A DNA stretch of 64,000 bases from Macrostomum hystrix (taxonomy: Eukaryota; Animalia; Platyhelminthes), in contig CATNEN010000001.1 in the NCBI GenBank assembly GCA_950097015.1, positions 20,026,001 to 20,090,000 of the forward strand. Reading direction: 5' to 3'. The position numbers were made by a program, and so were the translations under genes. Position 1 is the first letter of the stretch, and each line of letters starts with the position of its first letter. This document shows positions 35,260 through 53,999 of the stretch, in pieces. The notes under the pieces were generated by a model. It did no database searches. It had not been told where the DNA came from and worked only from the letters and a program-made list of their open reading frames with translations.

Positions 35260-35811
35260 CTAATCTCTCTACCAATCTGTCTCTCACAAATCTACCAGTC
35301 ATCCAATCTATTTACCAATCTGTCACTCTATTTACCAATCTGTCACTCTCTTCAATAATCTGTCACTCTATATACCAATCTGTCACTCTCTTCAATAATC
35401 TGTCACTCTATTTACCAATCTGTCACTCTCTTCAATAATCTGTCACTCTATTTACCAATCTATAACTCTATTCACTAATCTGTCACTCTCTACACCAATC
35501 TGTCACACCCTACACCAACCTGTCACTCTCTTCACTAATCTGTCACTCTATTCACTAATCTGTCACTCTCTACACCAATCGGTCACACCCTACACCAACC
35601 TGTCACTCTCTTCAACAACCTGTCACTCTCTTCAATAATCTGTCACTCTCTACACCAATCTGTCACTCTCTACACCAATCTGTCACTCTCTACACCAATC
35701 TGTCACTCTCTACACCAATCTGTCACTCTCTACACCAATCTGTCACTCTCTAAACCAATCTGTCACTCTCTACACCAATCTGTCACTCTCTACACCAATC
35801 TGTCACTCTCC
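35260..35811. repeat. 20-bp minisatellite
   Basis: tgtcactctctacaccaatc and variants. Confidence 0.95.
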
Positions 35812-35882
35812 AGTTTGTCTCCCTCGGAGACAAATCTCCCAGTTTGTCTCATTTTGTCTCCCATCAACCATCACACACTCAC

Positions 35883-35963
35883 TGAAACTCCCGGCTGTCC
35901 TTTCTCTCCTTTTTCACCCGGCTGTCCGGGTTTTCCATTCAGACCGTTGATGCCGTGCATGCC
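35883..35963 (-). CDS. MACIT collagen Gly-X-Y exon (81 nt)
   Basis: cag|GMHGINGLNGKPGQPGEKGEKGQPGVS|gtgagt. Confidence 0.92.
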
Positions 35964-36046
35964 CTGCGAAGCGAGGTTAAACAAATTTTAAAACAATTAT
36001 AATTTTTTATGTATCGTTAAAACAAAACTGACAATGAAAAACTCAC

Positions 36047-36118
36047 CGGCTCGCCTTGTTCGCCCTTGGCACCAGGAAATCCAATCATTCCGTCTGGACC
36101 TAGCGGCCCCCTGGGACC
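36047..36118 (-). CDS. MACIT collagen Gly-X-Y exon (72 nt)
   Basis: cag|GPRGPLGPDGMIGFPGAKGEQGEP|gtgagt. Confidence 0.92.
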
Positions 36119-36156
36119 CTGAACAAGTTGCGAAGTCATGTCTAACATGAGAATCG

Positions 36157-37988
36157 ACTGTCTAACAGGTTATCCTACTGTCTAACAGGTTATCCTACTG
36201 TCTAACAGATTACCCCACTGTTTAACAGATTATACCACTGTCTAACATTTTAGCCAACTGTCTAAAAGATTATCCTACTGTCTAACAGATTAACCTAGTG
36301 TCTAACAGATTATCCTAGTGTCTAACAGATTATCCTACTTTCTAGCAGATTATCCAACTGTCTAGCAGATTATTCAACTGTCTAACAGATTATCCAACTG
36401 TCTAGCAGATTATTCAACTGTCTAACAGATTATCCAACTGTCTAGCAGATTATTCAACTGTCTAACAGATTATCCAACTGTCTAACAGATTATCCAACTG
36501 TCTAACAGATTATCCAACTGTCTAACAGATTATCCTAGTGTCTAACAGATTATCCTAGTGTCTAACAGATTATCCTAGTGTCTAACAGATTATCCAACTG
36601 TCTAACAGATTATCCTACTGTCTAACAGATTATCCTACTGTCTAACAGATTATCCTACTGTCTAACAGATTATCCTACTGTCTAACAGATTATCCTACTG
36701 TCTAACAGGTTACCCCACTGTCTAACAGATTATCCTACTGTCTAACAGATTATCCAACTGTCTAACAGATTATCCTACTGTCTAACAGATTATCCAACTG
36801 TCTAACAGATTATCCTACTGTCTAACAGATTATCCAACTGTCTAACAGATTATCCTACTGTCTAACAGATTATCCAACTGTCTAACAGATTATCCTACTG
36901 TCTAACAGATTATCCTACTGTCTAACAGATTACCCCACTGTCTAACAGATTATCCTACTGTCTAAAAGATTACCCCACTGTCTAACAGATTATCCTACTG
37001 TCTAACAGATTATCCTACTGTCTAACAGATTATCCTACTGTCTAACAGATTATCCTACTGTCTAACAGGTTATCCTACTGTCTAACAGATTACCCCACTG
37101 TCTAACAGATTATCCTACTGTCTAACAGATTACCCCACTGTCTAACAGATTATCCTACTGTCTAACAGATTATCCTACTGTCTAACAGATTATCCAACTG
37201 TCTAACAGATTATCCTACTGTCTAACAGATTATCCAACTGTCTAACAGATTATCCAACTGTCTAACAGATTATCCTACTGTCTAACAGATTACCCCACTG
37301 TCTAACAGATTATCCAACTGTCTTACAGGTTACCCCACTGTCTAACAGATTATCCAACTGTCTAACAGATTATCCTACTGTCTAACAGATTATCCAACTG
37401 TCTAACAGATTATCCTACTGTCTAACAGATTATCCAACTGTCTAACAGATTATCCTACTGTCTAACAGATTATCCTACTGTCTAACAGATTACCCCACTG
37501 TCTAACAGATTATCCTACTGTCTAAAAGATTACCCCACTGTCTAACAGATTATCCTACTGTCTAACAGATTATCCTACTGTCTAACAGATTATCCTACTG
37601 TCTAACAGATTATCCTACTGTCTAACAGGTTATCCTACTGTCTAACAGATTACCCCACTGTCTAACAGATTATCCTACTGTCTAACAGATTACCCCACTG
37701 TCTAACAGATTATCCTACTGTCTAACAGATTATCCTACTGTCTAACAGATTATCCAACTGTCTAACAGATTATCCTACTGTCTAACAGATTATCCAACTG
37801 TCTAACAGATTATCCAACTGTCTAACAGATTATCCTACTGTCTTACAGATTACCCCACTGTCTAACAGATTATCCAACTGTCTTACAGGTTACCCCACTG
37901 TCTAACAGATTATCCAACTGTCTTACAGGTTACCCCACTGTCTAACAGATTATCCAACTGTCTTACAGGTTACCCCACTGTCTAACGG
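36157..37988. repeat. 20-bp minisatellite (~90 copies)
   Basis: tctaacagattatcc(t/a)actg. Confidence 0.97.
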
Positions 37989-38058
37989 TATCTATTGTGT
38001 TCTTAGGCTATAAGTGTACAACTTTTAAGTTGCAGCCGTACAGCTGTCTAACACCCAC

Positions 38059-38142
38059 CACGCTGCCCTTGTCGCCCTTGAGTCCTGGCGGTCCTGGCGG
38101 TCCTCTGAGCAGGCTGACTCGTGACAGATCGGCTGAGTGGCC
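38059..38142 (-). CDS. MACIT collagen exon (NC linker plus Gly-X-Y, 84 nt)
   Basis: cag|GHSADLSRVSLLRGPPGPPGLKGDKGSV|gtggg. Confidence 0.88.
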
Positions 38143-38766
38143 CTGATTTGAGAACGGTACATCAATATTAATGGCCTGTGCTCAGGCGCCTACTCGTATA
38201 ATGAGCATTCAATTCTTAGGCGGCAGTTTGAGAACAGTTTTGAGGTGTGAAAATAAAAAAACACGGTGAGACGCTTCGGTCTTCGAATCCATGGAGTGAA
38301 AATTTTCTCTCTCACTGTTATTTTAACCTCAAATTTAATTTCTTAATTTAAAACCTTCCTTACAAATAGCCGCCCTAAAGAAGATGGAACAGTGATGAAT
38401 GAGTGACACTTCTCATAAAGAAAGATTCCGTTTCACAAAACTCTGCTTGAGCTAGCTTGGCCGAGAAACTTCTGATTCATACAAGATTGAATTTGTTAGT
38501 AAAGGCCGATGATGTCTGTCAGCTTTGAAGCCGCTCAATAATGAACTCACATATGAAGTCGCTGATCAGTTTACTCATATACTCATAACAACTCATTCGC
38601 GAGCACAAGTTGAACTCAGTCATGAAAAAACTTACTGAATCGTCTTCTAACAAGCAAGCTCATGACCTAAGTCATAAACTGACTCATGACCTCACTCGTA
38701 TTACTACTCATGTGTGTACTCATGCCCTCATGACCACATGAACTACAAATTCATGACTTCATGATT

Positions 38767-40783
38767 CATGACCTACTCACTCATGACATGACTCACTCAC
38801 TCATGACCTACTCACTCATGACCTACTCACTCATGACCTACTCACTCATGACCTACTCACTCATGACCTACTCACTCATGACCTACTCACTGATGACCTA
38901 CTCACTCATGACCTACTCACTCATGACCTACTCACTCATGACCTACTCACTCATGACCTACTCACTCATGACCTACTCACTCATGACCTACTCACTCATG
39001 ACCTACTCACTCATGACCTACTCACTCATGACCTACTCACTCATGACCTACTCACTCATGACCTACTCACTCATGACATGACCCATTCACTCATGACCTA
39101 CTCACTCATGACCTACTCACTCATGACCTACTCACTCATGACCTACTCACTCATGACCTACTCACTCATGACCTACTCACTCATGACCTACTCACTCATG
39201 ACATGACCCATTCACTCATGACCTACTCACTCATGACCTACTCACTCATGACATGACCCATTCACTCATGACCTACTCACTCATGACCTACTCACTCATG
39301 ACCTACTCACTCATGACCTACTCACTCATGACCTATTCACTCATGACCTACTCACTCATGACCTACTCACTCATGACATGACCCATTCACTCATGACCTA
39401 CTCACTCATGACCTACTCACTCATGACATGACCCATTCACTCATGACCTACTCACTCATGACCTACTCACTCATGACCTACTCACTCATGACCTACTCAC
39501 TCATGACATGACCCATTCACTCATGACCTACTCACTCATGACCTACTCACTCATGACATGACCCATTCACTCATGACCTACTCACTCATGACCTACTCAC
39601 TCATGACCTACTCACTCATGACATGACCCATTCACTCATGACCTACTCACTCATGACCTACTCACTCATGACCTACTCACTCATGACCTACTCACTCATG
39701 ACATGACCCATTCACTCATGACCTACTCACTCATGACCTACTCACTCATGACATGACCCATTCACTCATGACCTACTCACTCATGACCTACTCACTCATG
39801 ACCTACTCACTCATGACATGACCCATTCACTCATGACCTACTCACTCATGACCTACTCACTCATGACCTACTCACTCATGACCTACTCACTCATGACATG
39901 ACCCATTCACTCATGACCTACTCACTCATGACCTACTCACTCATGACCTACTCACTCATGACCTACTCACTCATGACCTACTCACTCATGACCTACTCAC
40001 TCATGACCTACTCACTCATGACATGACCCATTCACTCATGACCTACTCACTCATGACCTACTCACTCATGACATGACCCATTCACTCATGACCTACTCAC
40101 TCATGACCTACTCACTCATGACCTACTCACTCATGACCTACTCACTCATGACCTATTCACTCATGACCTACTCACTCATGACCTACTCACTCATGACATG
40201 ACCCATTCACTCATGACCTACTCACTCATGACCTACTCACTCATGACATGACCCATTCACTCATGACCTACTCACTCATGACCTACTCACTCATGACCTA
40301 CTCACTCATGACCTACTCACTCATGACATGACCCATTCACTCATGACCTACTCACTCATGACCTACTCACTCATGACATGACCCATTCACTCATGACCTA
40401 CTCACTCATGACCTACTCACTCATGACCTACTCACTCATGACATGACCCATTCACTCATGACCTACTCACTCATGACCTACTCACTCATGACCTACTCAC
40501 TCATGACCTACTCACTCATGACATGACCCATTCACTCATGACCTACTCACTCATGACCTACTCACTCATGACATGACCCATTCACTCATGACCTACTCAC
40601 TCATGACCTACTCACTCATGACCTACTCACTCATGACATGACCCATTCACTCATGACCTACTCACTCATGACCTACTCACTCATGACCTACTCACTCATG
40701 ACCTACTCACTCATGACATGACCCATTCACTCATGACCTACTCACTCATGACCTACTCACTCATGACCTACTCACTCATGACC
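38767..40783. repeat. 15-bp minisatellite interspersed with a 20-bp variant
   Basis: acctactcactcatg plus acatgacccattcactcatg. Confidence 0.97.
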
Positions 40784-41394
40784 ATAACCTCAAGGCATCT
40801 CCAACTGTCAAAAATCTGTAGCATAATTTCAAAAAATAAGTTTTCACTCCACTTTTTTTATCAACGCCCCCTTTCTATCTCATCCAACCAGGGCTTCGCG
40901 AACTGTTACTGGGCATCTTCAAGCACAATAACCGATTCAATTGGGTGTTGCCCACTTTGACTTAAAGCCAAGCAACTCCCCCCCCAACCTAACCCACTGA
41001 GTGCCAATCACGGGTTAACAATGATCATACAAGACTAACGAAAGTCACGGAACCAACCTACTCACACCTGCCTCTCTCTCTTCAACTCCATTTAACAGAT
41101 TCTTGATCCCAACTTTAAATCCCATTATAATCATCTATTGACGAAGGCAGAGCGATAGAACAAGATCCCACAATTTAAAAATCCTCAAAAAGATTGTGCA
41201 GTTGCCCAGTTGATTGACTCATTCACTTCCCCGTTTAGGGAAGTGGCTTAAAGTGGTGCATAATTGTCCCAATTTAGACTGGAGAGGGGATAACTGTCTC
41301 GCCATTTGAATTGGACCTGTTCTGCGGAATTCTAATAGAAATGACTAACTACTCGTAATAGACATTTCCCAGTGTCTAACATACATCACCATGC

Positions 41395-41881
41395 CTAACA
41401 GTTACAGCTGTGTCTAACAGTTACAGCAGTGTCTAACAGTTACAGCAGTGTCTAACAGTTACAGCAGTGTCTAACAGTTACAGCAGTGTCTAACAGTTAC
41501 AGCAGTGTCTAACAGTTACAGCAGTGTCTAACAGTTACAGCAGTGTCTAACAGTTACAGCAGTGTCTAACAGTTACAGCAGTGTCTAACAGTTACAGCAG
41601 TGTCTAACAGTTACAGCTGTGTCTAACAGTTACAGCAGTGTCTAACAGTTACAGCAGTGTCTAACAGTTACAGCAGTGTCTAACAGTTACAGCAGTGTCT
41701 AACAGTTACAGCAGTGTCTAACAGTTACAGCAGTGTCTAACAGTTACAGCAGTGTCTAACAGTTACAGCTGTGTCTAACAGTTACAGCAGTGTCTAACAG
41801 TTACAGCTGTGTCTAACAGTTACAGCTGTGTCTAACAGTTACAGCTGTGTCTAACAGTTACAGCTGTGTCTAACAGTTACA
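41395..41881. repeat. 19-bp minisatellite
   Basis: gtgtctaacagttacagc(a/t). Confidence 0.96.
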
Positions 41882-42261
41882 TTCGCTTTATTTCTAGCAA
41901 AGAGCTTCTTTGACAAAGGAGACCGCAGTCCACTGAAAAGTATGCAGTGTCTGGGCCAATCAGCATGAACAGCTCAGACGACTCTGAAACGACCCTCACG
42001 CTGTCCGCCCTTGTTAGCGAATGTGCTCACAGAAAATGTGATAACATGTCGCATGGAATCGCAAAGGAAATCAGAAAATTTAATTTCGCCTGTCTTCTTA
42101 CCCGCCTAATTCTGAATTCGAAGGCCAACTTTTCGAGAACTAACGAACCGAAAACAGTTTTTCGCTTTTCATTATAATATTTGCAAACAACATTCATATT
42201 CATATTGCTGAATGCAATGTCTGCAATTCTAGCTTTCGTTTGGCCAAGCAGTTTAAATTAA

Positions 42262-43051
42262 GTCTAACACCTCATACCGTGTCTAACAGCTCACACAGTG
42301 TCTAACACCTCACACCGTGTCTAACAGCTCACACAGTGTCTAACACCTCACACCGTGTCTAACAGCTCACACAGTGTCAAACAGATCACACCGTGTCTAA
42401 CAGCTCACATAGCGTCTAACAGCTCACATCGTGTCTAACAGATCACATCGTGTCTAACAGCACACACAGTGTCTAACAGCTCACACCGTGTCTAACAGCT
42501 CACACAGTGTCTAACAGCTCACACCGTGTCTAACAGATCACATCGTGTCTAACAGCACACACCGTGTCTAACAGCACACACAGTGTCTAACAGTTCACAC
42601 CGTGTCTAACAGCTCACACCGTGTCTAAAAGATCACATCGTGTCTAACAACTCACATCGTGTCTAACAGCTCACACCGTGTCTAACAGCTCACACCATGT
42701 CTAACAGCTCACACCGTGTCTAAGAGATCACATCATGTCTAACAGCTCACACCGTGTCTAACAGATCACATCATGTCTAACAGCTCACACCGTGTCTAAC
42801 AGCTCTCACCATGTCTAACAACTCACATCGTGTCTAACAGCACACACCGTGTCTAACACCTCAAAACGTGTCTAACAGCACACACAGTGTCTAACACCTC
42901 AAAACGTGTCTAACAGCTAACTCCGTATCTAACAGCTAACAGCGCGTCTAACAGTTCAAAACGTGTCTAACAGCTATCTCCGTATTTAACAGCTAACTCC
43001 GTATCTAACAGCTAACACCGCGTCTAACAGTTCAAAACGTGTCTAACAGCT
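42262..43051. repeat. 19-bp minisatellite (diverged)
   Basis: gtgtctaacagctcacacc and variants. Confidence 0.94.
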
Positions 43052-43111
43052 GGTCTTGAAATGTTCTTACATAGTCTCTATCAGTTCATAAATATCTAAC
43101 ACTGAACTCAC

Positions 43112-43192
43112 CGGCAATCCGTCGAGTCCTCGTTCTCCCTTCTGACCGGGCGGTCCCGCCGCGCCTGCAGGTCCCTGCTCACCTGGCTCTCC
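43112..43192 (-). CDS. MACIT collagen Gly-X-Y exon (81 nt)
   Basis: tag|GEPGEQGPAGAAGPPGQKGERGLDGLP|gtgagt. Confidence 0.92.
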
Positions 43193-43379
43193 CTATGAAG
43201 AAAATTGTGTGTTGGGTATTTCAATGGGTCGCCTTGACTTTGACATGATTATTTCCACTGACTCACTGATGTGCAGCCCCGTGCCTTAGTGTTAGATTAA
43301 TGGTTATTTTGTCAATATTTAAAGAAAGTATTATTGAAATTCTGTGAAGCGTTAAGACTGACAAATTTCCTCACAAACC

Positions 43380-44496
43380 GAAGACAGATATATAGACAGA
43401 CAGAAGATAGAATTACAGACAGACAGAAGATAGAATTACAGACAGACAGAAGACAGAATTACAGACAGTCAGAAGACAGAATTACTGACAGTCAGAAGAC
43501 AGAATTACAGACAGTCAGAAGACAGAATTACAGACAGTCAGAAGATAGAACTACAGACAGTCAGAAGACAGAATTACAGACAGTCAGAAGATAGAATTAC
43601 AGACAGCCAGAAGACAGAATTACAGACAGACAGAAGATAGAATTACAGACAGTCAGAAGACAGAATTACAGACAGTCAGAAGATAGAATTACAGACAGAC
43701 AGAAGATAGAATTACAGACAGTCAGAAGATAGAATTACAGACAGTCAGAAGACAGAATTACAGACAGACAGAAGACAGAATTACAGAGAGACAGAAGACA
43801 GAATTACAGACAGACAGAAGACAGAATTACAGACAGACAGAAGATAGAATTACAGACAGAATACAGAATTCAGACAGAAGACAGAATTACAGACAAAAGA
43901 CAGAATTAGAGACAGACAGAACTAGTGACAGAAGACAGAATTACAGACAGACAGAAGACAGAATTACAGACAGACAGAAGATAGAATTACAGACAAAATA
44001 CAGAATTCAGACAGAAGACAGAATTACAGACAAAGGACAGAATTACAGACAGTCAGAAGACAGAATTACAGACAGTCAGAAGACAGAATTACAGACAGTC
44101 AGAAGACAGAATTACAGACAGTCAGAAGACAGAATTACAGACAGTCAGAAGACAGAATTACAGACAGAAGACAGAATTACAGAATGGCAGAAGACAGAAT
44201 TACAGACAGCCAGAAGACAGAATTCAGACAGAAGACAGAACTAGAGACAGACAGAAGACAGAATTACAGACAGCCAGAAGACAGAATTACAGACAGAAGA
44301 CGGAACTAGAGACAGTCAGAAGACAGAATTACAGACAGTCAGAAGACAGAATTACAGACAGTCAGAAGACAGAATTACAGACAGAAGACAGAATTACAGA
44401 ATGGCAGAAGACAGAATTACAGACAGCCAGAAGACAGAATTCAGACAGAAGACAGAACTAGAGACAGACAGAACTAGTGACAGAAGACAGAATTAC
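43380..44496. repeat. 23-bp minisatellite
   Basis: gacagaattacagacagtcagaa. Confidence 0.95.
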
Positions 44497-45337
44497 CTAC
44501 AGTCAAAATAGGGAGTTACAGACGGTAAATCACTGCAATCAGGCGAAGCAATGACAGGTTTGTTTGTTCTATGTTATGCAAGGCCATACTGTATGATTCA
44601 AAGCAAGCCAGTTGTGACCCAGACAATTGAGCATATGCTCAACCGTTGTGTGATCTCTTACTTTCAGGTAAATAATACGGCTATCAATGCTCCTTGTCAA
44701 ATCACCGTAGACTCTGCGCACTATTCGCTGCGAGGTGAAAATCAAAAAATTCAAATTATTTTATCAAGTTTATCCGCACTGGTGAAACACAGTACGAGTA
44801 TAACAAAAAACTAATTTTGTCGACACTGGTCTAAAGCGTGTTTCATTACGAGCCAATGTTTAATAAAAAGTTTTTATCGTTGGAATAAAATTCTCCAAAA
44901 GTAAAAAAGGCAACACCAGGCAGGTATATTATTTGCGCACGGAAATGTGCTGGTGCCACCAGTTGTTCAGGGATTTTGCGTTACCATGGCGCCCATAGAC
45001 TATATGCGCTCTAGAATAGAATGCGCAGAAAAAAATGAAGGGCCTATCGAAGATTTTTGTGTAGCTGACGCGAACCTGCAAAACGTACTTGTACCTTGAA
45101 AGTTTTAAGTGTCGCTTCACTTTAAGGGGATTCTAATTCTGTTGATATCATATTCTACAGCCTGGCTTTCATGCAAGATGGAACGCTACCAAAGTTGGCT
45201 ACAGGGGGGAAGCGAAAGTAAAGTTGAGGCGCAATACTACGCAGAAATTCAGTACGACACAAATAAGTGCAATTTTTGGGACTAGATCCAACAGTTACTG
45301 CAGTGCCTTACCCCCTAACTCTCAACTGTACAATCTG

Positions 45338-45575
45338 CCCTCAACCCTCTACCCGCAACCCTGTACCCTCAACCCTCTACCCTCAACCCTCTACCCGCAA
45401 CCCTCAACCCTCTACCCGCAACCCTGTACCCTCAACCCTCTACCCTCAACCCTCTACCCTCAACCCTCAACCCTGTACCCTCAACCCTCTACCCTCTACC
45501 CTCAACCCTCAACCCTCTACCCTCAACCCTCTACCCTCAAACCACTACCCTCAACCCTCTACCCTCAACCCTCTA
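45338..45575. repeat. C-rich 7-8-bp degenerate repeat (ccctcaa / ccctcta)
   Basis: accctcaaccctctaccctcaaccc... Confidence 0.88.
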
Positions 45576-46230
45576 TGTTAAATCCTCGACGCTCTGCGCT
45601 ACATACTCTACACTCTACCCACTACCTCTCAACCCTTAGCACCTGACACTATCCACCAACCTCTACCCTGTACCTTAATTCCTTTGTCTAATTTGACAAT
45701 TCTTGACAGATTACCAGCAAAATAAATATTCAAGGTGCCATGTGGACTTCATGCAGGTGCATGCAAAACGAGCAACAGAAATTAAACAACGCAGAAAATT
45801 TAATATTTTACTTTTATGCTGACAACTTCGAAGACAATTCCCTGAAAAATGTTAAATGAAAAATAACTTTTCGGTGTCCGGCATTTTCAGGGAAGAAATG
45901 CGTCAGAAAATAACTCTGGAAATTTTCCTTCTCTTTTTATCTTCGAAATGCGCAATTAATTTATTGTTTTACCTTGTGACGAAATTGTTTCACATCGACC
46001 AGATTGCTTCGCTCGAAATCTACGGATCTGGGCGACTGAATTCGAAAAAAAGAGAATAAAAATATATGTTTATTTGTTTTAATTTTCGCTAAAAGTTGTC
46101 GCATATTTAAACAAAAAGTTTGTAAAATAAACATGTTCGATTAGGCTTCTTTAGAGCACAATGTTAGGGTGCAGCTCTGCCCACTACAAAATGCAACTTT
46201 TGAGAGTTTAACTGCCTCTTTTAGACTTAC

Positions 46231-46242
46231 CCGCTTGAGTTT
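46231..46242 (-). CDS. Candidate 12-nt microexon of the MACIT collagen (KLKR)
   Basis: cattgcag|AAACTCAAGCGG|gtaagt; strong consensus splice sites, phase 0-0. Confidence 0.6.
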
Positions 46243-46386
46243 CTGCAATGATTCGAAAGGAGAAGATAGGAAGGCTTGTTAGTTGTGGCAGTCAACTGCA
46301 CAAATAAAGGTGTTTATGAAAGCAGATTACACAATAAAACTGTAAGCTTTTCTATATTGTGCTTTTGGATTCTCAAATTTTGCGTC

Positions 46387-46806
46387 GTGTCTAACAGGTA
46401 ACTCTTGACTATCTTGTGTCTAACAGGTAACTCTTGACTATCTTGTGTCTAACAGGTAACTCTTGACTATCTTGTGTCTAACAGGTAACTCTTGACTATC
46501 TTGTGTCTTACAGGTAACTCTTGACTATCTTGTGTCTAACAGGTAACTCTTGACTATCTCGTGTCTAACAGGTAACTCTTGACTATCTTGTGTCTAACAG
46601 GTAACTCTTGACTATCTTGTGTCTAACAGGTAACTCTTGACTATCTTGTGTCTAACAGGTAAATCTTGACTATCTTGTGTCTAACAGGTAACTCTTGACT
46701 ATCTTGTGTCTAACAGGTTACTCTTGACTATCTTGTGTCTAACAGGTAACTCTTGACTATCTTGTGTCTAACAGGTAAATCTTGACTATCTTGTGTCTAA
46801 CAGGTA
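46387..46806. repeat. 29-bp minisatellite (~14 copies)
   Basis: gtgtctaacaggtaactcttgactatctt. Confidence 0.96.
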
Positions 46807-46987
46807 CTCAGAACTATCATATTTAAGATATTTTCGTCTACGCAACTATCAAATATTTTCACACTATATTAGGTCAAACACGCCAAGCCAATTCTTAAAA
46901 TGCAAGTATAATAACAAAGGCCCGCTCTGATCTCACGGATAAACCAAGAACTCAAAAGCAGATTGACAGGTTAATGAGTTTGCTCAC

Positions 46988-47020
46988 CGATTCATCATAG
47001 CTTGACTCCACAGCAACGCC
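46988..47020 (-). CDS. MACIT collagen exon (33 nt; end of first short COL segment)
   Basis: ttgcag|GVAVESSYDES|gtgag; phase 0 continues from GDR. Confidence 0.7.
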
Positions 47021-47086
47021 CTGCAAGGATATATGAGTGAACAGCTGAACTATGAAATACTTATTTAATAAGCTTTAGTTAATTAA

Positions 47087-52188
<5,102 letters not shown>

Positions 52189-52470
52189 TTTAATAGCCAA
52201 CTAGGCTTCGAGTCCTTCTCTATGAGTCCAATAGACAATATTCAGCAAGCTACTGTGGGAAAGGGAATCACAAAATACATTTTATGTCTCAACACCAGAC
52301 GGAATCTAGCCTTAGAGTAGGCAAATTAGTTTAGTTTATTACAATAAACAAAGTAAGGAAAGTGTTAACTAGTCGTTAAACACGCACAGCACTCACACAC
52401 AAACTGCTCAGACAAGATATTCTCAGCGGCAAGCAATAGGAGTTAAACACTGAGATGAGAATGCACTCAC

Positions 52471-52496
52471 CCTGTCTCCTTTCTCGCCTTTCGGTC
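52471..52496 (-). CDS. MACIT collagen exon (26 nt, first Gly-X-Y)
   Basis: ttttttcag|GA CCG AAA GGC GAG AAA GGA GAC AGG|gtgagt = (G)PKGEKGDR; the phase-1 start completes the Gly from exon 55390-55468. Confidence 0.88.
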
Positions 52497-52939
52497 CTGA
52501 AAAAAAAACAATATATAAATTATAAATTATAAATTTTGTACCAACACGCCTAGAGATTCAATACATTTTAGTACAGCTGAACTATGAAATGAACAATCTA
52601 ATTTGAACCTGAGAATAGAAATAAAGTTTTACAACGGCAACAGTTGAAACCGCAGAGTTGAATTGATTAATTCTAGCATTTCAAGGTAAAACCCCGACCG
52701 CCAACCTGTTAATTATTTCCAGCGAGCCGTGAGCACTGCCACACTGCCATGGACCTTGGCGGCTTCGCATTTTAATTGCAGGTCTTACAGCTGCTCAGAC
52801 CACCCGCTGACTCGGATGCCACAGACCTGTACAGTCATGCCCAATGTCCCCGGCCCGACCCCACGCAAACTCGCTCAGAAATTCGCTACTTTTGCCGTTC
52901 TAGAAGTCTGAGACATTCAACTATACTCATCTATCTTAT

Positions 52940-53432
<493 letters not shown>

Positions 53433-53999
53433 GCTTTGGCAGTCTTGTTGTGCTGTTCTCGCAGACATTGTGGCATATATGTTTTCTATTTAATTTTTGC
53501 ACAGACAACCCTATGAATTGCCACCCGTCGTGTTGCCAACACAGCCGGTGAAATTGCCACAGGGACCCACTTTATTTAGCAAAGTTTCTTCAAATGCGAG
53601 TCGCTATCTTGGCACTGCCATCCACCGCCCCCACCCCAGATGCTCGCAGCTCTCCGAATGCCATTGAATCCTAAGTAAGACAGAAAAGAAAATAGGTATT
53701 GCTGAAACACGGCACCTTTCTATTCGGTCTTCATCACCCTAACATCTCAGTCTGAGTCTGAGTCTGATTAGCTGAGTTTTGTACGGACTCAATCTTCTCA
53801 CCGACTCCGAGCTCACGAAAAACTAGTTAGATTTTTTTACTTATCTGGATTCTTTTGTTCAACACTATTCTCAGCTTTGAGTTGCTGCGGAACGTTAGAA
53901 ATGGTTTGTATTGCCTGCATGTTAACATTTGTAGGGCCGACCACAGTCTTTGCATCTACATGAATGTCTGGTTGTACTTGGCGCTGTCTGTCTGACTGT

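Noticed and set aside
45338-45575. True interstitial telomere
   Set aside because: Units are CCCTCAA/CCCTCTA, not CCCTAA; retained only as a G4 candidate.
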